From a virus (Duplodnaviria > Caudoviricetes): a stretch of 64,000 nt of DNA. The stretch's first letter is position 1, and each line of letters starts with the position of its first letter. The stretch is taken from positions 1 to 64,000 of IMG/VR virus record IMGVR_UViG_3300032218_002590. One strand, given 5' to 3'. Below the pieces are notes generated by a model, which saw only the letters and a list, made by a program, of their open reading frames with translations, did not search any database and was not told the origin of the DNA. Positions 1 to 5,153 of this stretch are shown in pieces. A program made the position numbers and the translations under genes.

Positions 1-338
1 TGGAAAGGACCACCGTTATACAACCATTCATCTAAGGAAGCAGCTTCCCAGATAGGATAGAAGTGAAGACCAATAGCATTAGAAGAAGGAACAACAGCAC
101 CAGAGATGATGTTGTTTCCATACATTAGAGAACCAGAAACAGGTTCACGAATGCCGTCAATGTCCACAGGAGGAGCACCAACGAATGCGATGATGAAACA
201 AATCGTAGCAGCAAGCAACGTTGGAATCATCAACACACCAAACCAACCAACGTAAAGACGGTTGTTTGTAGAAGTAACCCACTGGCAAAAAGATTCCCAG
301 AGGTTAGTAGAATTGCGTGTAGCAATAGTAGCAGTCAT
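1..338 (-). CDS. psbA: Photosystem II D1 protein, 5' part (runs off the window start)
   Basis: Manual translation from ATG at 338: [112 protein letters not shown]; not in the supplied ORF track. Confidence 0.98.
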   Translation of the reverse strand, partial: MTATIATRNSTNLWESFCQWVTSTNNRLYVGWFGVLMIPTLLAATICFIIAFVGAPPVDIDGIREPVSGSLMYGNNIISGAVVPSSNAIGLHFYPIWEAASLDEWLYNGGPF

Positions 339-344
339 TTTCGT

Positions 345-462
345 AAAAGGGTAAAGTATGAGTTCAAGGGGAATTGAACAGTTACAGTATTCCTACACCA
401 CCCTCCAGTGTAGGTATGAGAGACGGATTTTACTTGCCCATTATTCTCGGTGGGGCAAGGTT
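345..462 (-). ncRNA. PhotoRC-II-like structured psbA leader RNA
   Basis: Minus strand has stem CTTGCCC/GGGCAAG with a CCGAGA loop complementary to downstream GTCTCTC (possible pseudoknot), stem CCTACAC/GTGTAGG and stem GTTCAA/TTGAAC, directly upstream of the psbA ATG. Family name is from recall of the cyanophage PhotoRC-II motif. Confidence 0.75.
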
Positions 463-490
463 GAGAAATGTTTTGATTTCCTAACAATGT

Positions 491-524
491 ATTTATCATA
501 GCACAGGTTGCCCTCCGCTGTCAA
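491..524 (-). promoter_or_regulatory. sigma70-type promoter for psbA with overlapping late-like ATAAATA
   Basis: TTGACA (524-519), 18 nt, TATGAT (500-495), running into ATAAATA. Confidence 0.8.
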
Positions 525-529
525 GCCAT

Positions 530-652
530 TCAGAAAATTCCTGGAAGAATCTGGCCAGTCGTGAGGTAGGTTCCGACTGCGATTACGAAACCAAGCATGG
601 CGAGGCGACCATTAAGAATTTCTGCCTCTGGGGTCCATCCGAATTTGTTCAT
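530..652 (-). CDS. hli: High-light inducible protein (Hli), 40 aa
   Basis: MNKFGWTPEAEILNGRLAMLGFVIAVGTYLTTGQILPGIF*, with the ExxNGRxAMxG chlorophyll-binding motif; TAATG overlap with the upstream hli; below the ORF-track cutoff. Confidence 0.93.
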   Translation of the reverse strand: MNKFGWTPEAEILNGRLAMLGFVIAVGTYLTTGQILPGIF

Positions 653-861
653 TAGAATACTCCAAAAAATAGTTTACCTGTAGCAACGTAGGACACGATG
701 CCTGCAATGAATCCTAGCATAGCCCAGCGCCCGTTGGCAAGCTCTGCACGTTCGTTGTGAGTCATCATGCCATACTTAATAGCATCTGCATCTGAGATGT
801 ACATAGCGGGCTCTTTAGCAAACATGTTTTGCTGCCCACGTTCATTAGTTGTTACCGTCAT
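652..861 (-). CDS. hli: High-light inducible protein (Hli), 69 aa
   Basis: MTVTTNERGQQNMFAKEP...AELANGRWAMLGF; start moved to the ATG at 861 because a promoter lies at 886-914. Confidence 0.93.
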   Translation of the reverse strand: MTVTTNERGQQNMFAKEPAMYISDADAIKYGMMTHNERAELANGRWAMLGFIAGIVSYVATGKLFFGVF

Positions 862-867
862 TTTTTT

Positions 868-885
868 ATTACAAATTGTTACAAT
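868..885. promoter_or_regulatory. HLR1-like direct repeat (candidate RpaB site)
   Basis: Plus strand ATTACAAA-TT-GTTACAAT vs HLR1 consensus (G/T)TTACA(T/A)(T/A)-N2-(G/T)TTACA(T/A)(T/A), one mismatch; abuts the hli -10 box. Confidence 0.6.
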
Positions 886-921
886 ATTATATGTGAAAAA
901 GGGGAGCATGTCAAGCTCCCC
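886..921 (-). promoter_or_regulatory. Fused intrinsic terminator / consensus sigma70 promoter for the hli genes
   Basis: GGGGAGC-TTGACAT-GCTCCCC-TTTTT hairpin; TTGACA (914-909), 17 nt, TATAAT (891-886). Confidence 0.85.
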
Positions 922-934
922 AATTGTTTTGATA

Positions 935-1792
935 TTAGAACTTGAAACCCAGTCCGGTGGTAAAGACCGGGCTGTAACTACCTCTATTAGCAGAAGTGTT
1001 GGTAGGGAACTTCAGGTCAGCAAATCCAACTAGGGAGTTGGTGATACGACCTTCAGCACCAAGCACAAATACTGCTTGACCATTGGAAAGACCAACAGCA
1101 TTTTGAGCGTTAGCTTGAGTGTTGTTTACAAAAGGAACTTGATAACCAACACCAGTGTAGATGTTAGCAGCACTCACACCTGCTTTGCGAGCGATTGCAA
1201 AATCATAAGTGGCAGTCACACCACCACCAGCACCGATTTGGCTGTTAGGACCAGCAACGGCATTGATGTAGGGACGGACAGAAATAGCGTTGTTATTGCT
1301 GTAGTTTTTCACAGCATAACGAGCTTGTAGAGTGCCACCAGACACAGTGTTGTTCGGGCTTCCACCTGTACCAACATTGTTTAGCAGAACACCAAGACCA
1401 AGATAGTTGCCGACTCCTTGTGCTTTCTGAGCAGCAGCGATTTCTAAGGCACCTACACGGGCGTTAGTGGCACCGATTTCCTTAGCGAACTGAGCACGAA
1501 GAGCAGATGCTAGAGCAGCGTCAGCGGCGCTCTGGTACTCGCTGATGCGATCAAGGCAAGCATTGGTGAGAGCAGCAAGCTCAGCACGGGTTGCAGGTTG
1601 ACCAGGCTTGAAGGTGCCATTAGGATAACCAGCAACACAACCATAACGAGAAATCAGGTTAGAAATAGCCTGGTAAGACCAGTCAGTAGGTTGCACATCT
1701 TTAAATTGAGTGACACTAGTTACTTGTGCCATTGCAGGAGCAGCAGCAGTAGCAACAACCACCGCAGTGGCAATAAAAGAACGAATCATCAT
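935..1792 (-). CDS. SLH-domain outer-membrane beta-barrel protein (cyanobacterial porin-like N-terminus, short barrel)
   Basis: Signal peptide; QVTSVTQFKDVQPTDWSYQAISNLISRYGCVAGYPNGTF...TRAE resembles the SomA/SomB porin SLH domain; helical linker; amphipathic beta strands; C-terminal GLGFKF. Confidence 0.85.
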   Translation of the reverse strand: MMIRSFIATAVVVATAAAPAMAQVTSVTQFKDVQPTDWSYQAISNLISRYGCVAGYPNGTFKPGQPATRAELAALTNACLDRISEYQSAADAALASALRAQFAKEIGATNARVGALEIAAAQKAQGVGNYLGLGVLLNNVGTGGSPNNTVSGGTLQARYAVKNYSNNNAISVRPYINAVAGPNSQIGAGGGVTATYDFAIARKAGVSAANIYTGVGYQVPFVNNTQANAQNAVGLSNGQAVFVLGAEGRITNSLVGFADLKFPTNTSANRGSYSPVFTTGLGFKF

Positions 1793-1830
1793 AGTATTTT
1801 ATAATTAACTATAAGGTTTACTTAATGCCC

Positions 1831-1848
1831 TATGTAAAGTTTTATAAC
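1831..1848 (-). promoter_or_regulatory. Second HLR1-like direct repeat upstream of the porin-like gene
   Basis: Minus strand GTTATAAA-AC-TTTACATA (one mismatch), about 18 nt upstream of a TATAGT -10 candidate at 1813-1808. Confidence 0.5.
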
Positions 1849-1858
1849 TTTTAGGGCA

Positions 1859-1930
1859 AGCGGCTGACTGGATTCGAACCAGCGACATCTAACTTGGAAG
1901 GATAGCGTTCTACCACTGAACTACAACCGC
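1859..1930 (-). tRNA. tRNA-Gly(TCC)
   Basis: GCGGTTG...CTTCCAA anticodon loop...GTTCGAATC...CAGCCGC cloverleaf; no encoded CCA. Confidence 0.97.
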
Positions 1931-1934
1931 AGGG

Positions 1935-2122
1935 TGGGGAAGTCAATCCCCGTGAGCAGGCTCGCCACTTATTTTTTACTGAAATAAGAAACAGGCGGAG
2001 AAAGAATTCCCCATCCGCACCAACGTCATTTTAGAGATGCCGTAAACTCATTGAGGGGGGTATCCCGACCAGGGCACTTTTAGTGTCATTCCGAGACAGG
2101 TTGAGGAATTAAATCCTCGTGT
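1935..2122 (-). ncRNA. manA/wcaG-like structured RNA
   Basis: Contains AACCTGTCTCGG, TGCCCTGGTCGGGA, TGGTGCGGA..TCCGC, CTTATTT/AAATAAG and GTGGCGAGCCTGC (two UGGYG motifs) plus several stems. Similarity to the cyanophage manA/wcaG motifs is from recall only. Confidence 0.55.
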
Positions 2123-2307
2123 GCTGCTTCCACAGCATCATCAAAATCATTGTATGGTCCATGATTGACTCCATTGTAGACATAATAAAAGTTTTCGTCA
2201 ATCATCTTTACTTCAAAATATGTAATCACTTGATCACCATTGTCGAGGTTTTCGACAATACGCATTTTAGTTTCCAGCATATTATACAAAGGGTACGTTG
2301 ACTCCAC
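2086..2307 (-). CDS. Hypothetical protein
   Basis: Protein-like 73-aa ORF; start uncertain; 3' end overlaps the structured RNA. Confidence 0.65.
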   Translation of the reverse strand: MESTYPLYNMLETKMRIVENLDNGDQVITYFEVKMIDENFYYVYNGVNHGPYNDFDDAVEAAHEDLIPQPVSE

Positions 2308-2323
2308 CAGGATAAGTTAAGGT

Positions 2324-2611
2324 CTAATCCAGACCATTAGAAGTGAATGTAATAGCATCCTCAACTCCAGTACTAATGATTTTACTAGTACCAGCACCAA
2401 AATTAATATAGCCGTCATGAAAACCAGCCATATTATTATTTCCACTAATAGTAAATGTGGTTTTGTTTGTTTCGGTAATTTTAATTTGAACTACTTTATT
2501 ATAAGCATCAAATAAATTACCAATCGCAGTTTCATTTTTTTCCTGAAGAGCTATGATGAGTGCTTCACCTATAGCATCTTTAGCAATTTCAATCTGTGAT
2601 TTCAGTGTCAT
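2324..2611 (-). CDS. Hypothetical protein
   Basis: 95-aa ORF in an operon with the Phd-like gene. Confidence 0.7.
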   Translation of the reverse strand: MTLKSQIEIAKDAIGEALIIALQEKNETAIGNLFDAYNKVVQIKITETNKTTFTISGNNNMAGFHDGYINFGAGTSKIISTGVEDAITFTSNGLD

Positions 2612-2780
2612 TTAATAATTCTCCAATTTCAGTGGTGATTTCATTTAACTCATCGGCAGGCATCATTACTGTTGCTCTACCATCAGGCATTCGAATTAAA
2701 AATAATTCTTTGTCGTTTTCAACTCGATCCATATAAGTATCGAAGTTTTTTTCAAATTCATCTTGGGTAATTTCTATCAT
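2589..2780 (-). CDS. Phd/YefM-like antitoxin-fold protein
   Basis: MIEITQDEFEKNFDTYMDRVENDKELFLIRMPDGRATVMMPADE follows the Phd/YefM N-terminal beta-alpha-alpha-beta-beta pattern. Confidence 0.7.
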   Translation of the reverse strand: MIEITQDEFEKNFDTYMDRVENDKELFLIRMPDGRATVMMPADELNEITTEIGELLNDTEITD

Positions 2781-2799
2781 AATTTATAATAATGATAAG

Positions 2800-2875
2800 T
2801 CGGAATGCTCGGATTTGAACCGAGATTATTCCTGCTCCCAAAGCAGGTGCCATGACCAAGTTAGGCGACATTCCG
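2800..2875 (-). tRNA. tRNA-Pro(TGG)
   Basis: CGGAATG/CATTCCG acceptor stem, CTTTGGGAG anticodon arm, GTTCAAATC T-loop. Confidence 0.96.
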
Positions 2876-2885
2876 TTCTTGATTC

Positions 2886-2914
2886 AGTGTAGCATCATCT
2901 CACCTCAAAGTCAA
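2886..2914 (-). promoter_or_regulatory. sigma70-type promoter for tRNA-Pro
   Basis: TTGACT, 17 nt, TACACT, embedded in the 3' end of the upstream ORF. Confidence 0.7.
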
Positions 2915-3146
2915 GTCGTCTGACTTTGCGTTGTCTACGCTGTTCCTGAAACTCCAGATCTTGTTTGGATAGCAACGATTTCTGAGTCATTGGCTTAGAC
3001 CCAGTAACTATTTCTATCAACGAAAGATCAATCCCGCTGATATTCCCGCCACGGATGGCCGTAAGGTTCGGACACCGGCAACTTTTCAGTTGTGATGGGT
3101 GCTCCTCTAATACTTTCCCGCAATTCTTGCATCTGATAATTAACAT
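2895..3146 (-). CDS. Conserved cyanophage protein with CxxC...CxC putative Zn-binding motif
   Basis: MLIIRCKNCGKVLEEHPSQLKSCRCPN...RRQRKVRRLDFEVR; GAGGA Shine-Dalgarno upstream of the ATG at 3146. Confidence 0.85.
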   Translation of the reverse strand: MLIIRCKNCGKVLEEHPSQLKSCRCPNLTAIRGGNISGIDLSLIEIVTGSKPMTQKSLLSKQDLEFQEQRRQRKVRRLDFEVR

Positions 3147-3210
3147 TTCCAATCATCCTCTTCAATTCTTCAAGTTCTTTACGAATTTTTATGTATCGAT
3201 CAGTATCCAT
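3028..3210 (-). CDS. Candidate overlapping coiled-coil protein (60 aa)
   Basis: MDTDRYIKIRKELEELKRMIGNVNYQMQELRESIRG...; TATAAATA at 3220-3213 lies 2 nt upstream; overlaps the next gene by 119 nt in another frame. Confidence 0.5.
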   Translation of the reverse strand: MDTDRYIKIRKELEELKRMIGNVNYQMQELRESIRGAPITTEKLPVSEPYGHPWREYQRD

Positions 3211-3227
3211 AGTATTTATAGGGGTAA

Positions 3228-3299
3228 TGGGCGATACTGGATTCGAACCAGTGACCATCTCCGTGTAAAGGAGGCACTCTACCGCTGAGTTAATCGCCC
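3228..3299 (-). tRNA. tRNA-Val(TAC)
   Basis: GGGCGAT/ATCGCCC acceptor stem, TTTACAC anticodon loop. Confidence 0.97.
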
Positions 3300-3307
3300 G
3301 TGGCACA

Positions 3308-3336
3308 ATCATACCATGTATTGATTTGATTGTCAA
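3308..3336 (-). promoter_or_regulatory. sigma70-type promoter for tRNA-Val
   Basis: TTGACA, 17 nt, TATGAT. Confidence 0.8.
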
Positions 3337-3337
3337 G

Positions 3338-3409
3338 TGGGAAATGCTGGATTTGAACCAGCGACCTTTCGATTATCAGTCGAATGCTCTACCGCTAAGC
3401 TAATTTCCC
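3338..3409 (-). tRNA. tRNA-Ile(GAT)
   Basis: GGGAAAT/ATTTCCC acceptor stem, CTGATAA anticodon loop. Confidence 0.97.
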
Positions 3410-3412
3410 GAG

Positions 3413-3486
3413 CGGGTTAGGAGGGACTCGAACCCCCGACCAATTCATTAGAAGTGAATTGCTCTATCCATCTGAGCTACTAACCC
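3413..3486 (-). tRNA. tRNA-Arg(TCT)
   Basis: GGGTTAG/CTAACCC acceptor stem, CTTCTAA anticodon loop. Confidence 0.97.
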
Positions 3487-3498
3487 AAGCACCCATCT

Positions 3499-3527
3499 AT
3501 CATATCAGTCTTTTGGGCAGGTGTCAA
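3499..3527 (-). promoter_or_regulatory. sigma70-type promoter for tRNA-Arg/Ile
   Basis: TTGACA, 17 nt, TATGAT, embedded in the last codons of the upstream gene. Confidence 0.8.
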
Positions 3528-3906
3528 GCCATGGGGCACATAACCTCATAGGTGGACCGAGTGCCTTGCACTCATCACTGTAGCATACTGTGTCGTCGTT
3601 CTTCTCTTCTATGTATCGAGGTTTTGATACCTCTACTTTTGATAACCCAGATTGTGTCCAGTAATTATCAATTGCTCTGTCAACATCTCGGTGAATTCTT
3701 CTGTCTAGTTTTTCAGGGTCTTTAATAATAAAATCGTTGATAATAGTTTGGGGAAAATATTTTCTTTGAGCTTCATCAAGTAAATCCCAAATACTATCTT
3801 GTTTAATTCCTGTACACTGAGAAAGCGTGGCAATAATAGTTGTCAATACTACACCAACTACAGCGTATTGTTTTATATCTGGTTTCTTTTTACCGAAGTT
3901 AAACAT
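3505..3906 (-). CDS. Conserved cyanophage protein with an N-terminal membrane anchor
   Basis: MFNFGKKKPDIKQYAVVGVVLTTIIATLSQC...; Cys-rich C-terminus. Confidence 0.8.
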   Translation of the reverse strand: MFNFGKKKPDIKQYAVVGVVLTTIIATLSQCTGIKQDSIWDLLDEAQRKYFPQTIINDFIIKDPEKLDRRIHRDVDRAIDNYWTQSGLSKVEVSKPRYIEEKNDDTVCYSDECKALGPPMRLCAPWLDTCPKD

Positions 3907-3947
3907 AGGAAGGGGAGCGGCGCCACTCCCCAATATTTATGGTGTTA

Positions 3948-4310
3948 TTAAACCAGTGTGTAACAGATGCTGGCTACACCTTGACCTACAGAAGCAATGG
4001 AGGAAAATGCTCCATAAGACAAGTCTAGATCCCTACCACCCACGTAAGGACCCCGATCATTCACTCGAACAATAACTGATTTACCATTTTGTTGATTTGT
4101 GACTCTTAATCTAGTTCCGAATGGCAACCACCTATGTGCTACTGATTTTCCATAAGCATTGTATCTTTCTCCGCTGGCAGTTCTCTGCCCATGATATCCA
4201 TCACCAACTCCATAATGTGAAGCGAGGGAACATCCGCCCTCTGCCTTTGCTTGATGGGGTGCTAATCCTACAGTGGCAATGGCTAAAATTGAAAGTGTTT
4301 TAAAAAGCAT
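3948..4310 (-). CDS. rlpA: RlpA-like (DPBB) lytic transglycosylase
   Basis: Signal peptide; ASHYG...TASGE.Y......AH..LPFGT.L.VTN..NGKSVIVRVNDRGPY...R.LDLS. Confidence 0.92.
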   Translation of the reverse strand: MLFKTLSILAIATVGLAPHQAKAEGGCSLASHYGVGDGYHGQRTASGERYNAYGKSVAHRWLPFGTRLRVTNQQNGKSVIVRVNDRGPYVGGRDLDLSYGAFSSIASVGQGVASICYTLV

Positions 4311-4430
4311 TTAGTTAAATAGAATTCTACATCCCAATAGAAAGGGGGTACACCAACCCTCTCGGGAGGCACTTTCCTGGGCACAAGTTGTCACTCACTG
4401 TCTCATAATGTGATCCTCACGAATGAGGAA
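4311..4430 (-). ncRNA. Candidate structured leader RNA of rlpA
   Basis: TCCTCA-TTCG-TGAGGA hairpin at the predicted 5' end; CCCA-GGAAAG...CTTTCT-AT-TGGG stem enclosing CCTC-CCGA-GAGG; TAGAATTCTA palindrome. Confidence 0.45.
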
Positions 4431-4435
4431 TTCAT

Positions 4436-4464
4436 ACTGTACCACGTATATAGGGTTTTGTCAA
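4436..4464 (-). promoter_or_regulatory. sigma70-type promoter for rlpA
   Basis: TTGACA, 17 nt, TACAGT. Confidence 0.7.
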
Positions 4465-4482
4465 GACCCCAAATAAATATAA

Positions 4483-4695
4483 TTGGTGACGGAAACCCGA
4501 ACAATGCCTAGAGAGTGGAATACTCCGACAAGAGAACCCTGGAATGCTCCGATACATCACATACTAAAAGCAGTAGATAACCACAGACAAGAGTGGCTAT
4601 CTACTGGAGATGTATGGCATCATGAAAAAGCAGAGCAACTAGTGCAATATTTGCATGAGTTGAAAACTTGGATTCATAAACAAGAAGGTCGTTAA
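4483..4695 (+). CDS. Conserved cyanophage hypothetical protein
   Basis: MPREWNTPTREPWNAPIHHILKAVDNH...; ATAAATA just upstream; the only plus-strand gene before 51 kb; the start may be the ATG at 4504. Confidence 0.8.
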   Translation: MVTETRTMPREWNTPTREPWNAPIHHILKAVDNHRQEWLSTGDVWHHEKAEQLVQYLHELKTWIHKQEGR

Positions 4696-5153
4696 GAAAT
4701 CCAAAGTTTACCTTCTGCGGTTCTTCTTTTACGCAAACCAACTTCAACTGATGAACCAGGATTTACATAAAGCAGTAATGCTTTAGGAACATCCACCCAT
4801 CTTTTTTCTTTCAATGCTTTTGCGATAGTATTATGATAACCATCTTCCATAAAATAAGCACCATTATTATAAGCAAAAGATAGTAATGCTCCTTTTTGAT
4901 TATCACTCATTTCATTCCAATGAGAAATTTTAGAAAGTTGTGGAAGATATTCATGTTCTATTGTATACATTAATAAAGTATCTGCCTGTGCTTGAGTGAT
5001 AGTTGCACCCAATCCAAATGAATTTCCATGTGTATCTTTAGTGGAACCCCATCCAATTGTATATGGTTTTCCACCAGTTCCAGGATCTGGATATGATGTT
5101 AATCTACAACCTTCAAACTTTTTAATTAAATCTATTCCTGCTTTTAAAGTCAT
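4692..5153 (-). CDS. GH24 phage lysozyme (endolysin)
   Basis: GIDLIKKFEGCRLTSYPDPGTGGKPYTIGWG...ALLSFAYN.G...GLRKRRTAEGKLW. Confidence 0.93.
   Translation of the reverse strand: MTLKAGIDLIKKFEGCRLTSYPDPGTGGKPYTIGWGSTKDTHGNSFGLGATITQAQADTLLMYTIEHEYLPQLSKISHWNEMSDNQKGALLSFAYNNGAYFMEDGYHNTIAKALKEKRWVDVPKALLLYVNPGSSVEVGLRKRRTAEGKLWIS

Noticed and set aside
1-20. D1 GGPF(Q) instead of GGPYQ
   Set aside because: From recall this variant is common in picocyanobacterial and cyanophage D1, so it is at most a weak host-lineage hint
471-488. Degenerate HLR1 at the psbA promoter (TTTTGATT-TC-CTAACAAT)
   Set aside because: Four mismatches; not distinguishable from AT-rich background
4365-4385. AGGAAAGTGCC resembling the RNase P RNA GAGGAAAGTCC motif
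   Set aside because: The region is only about 120 nt and lacks the other RNase P conserved regions
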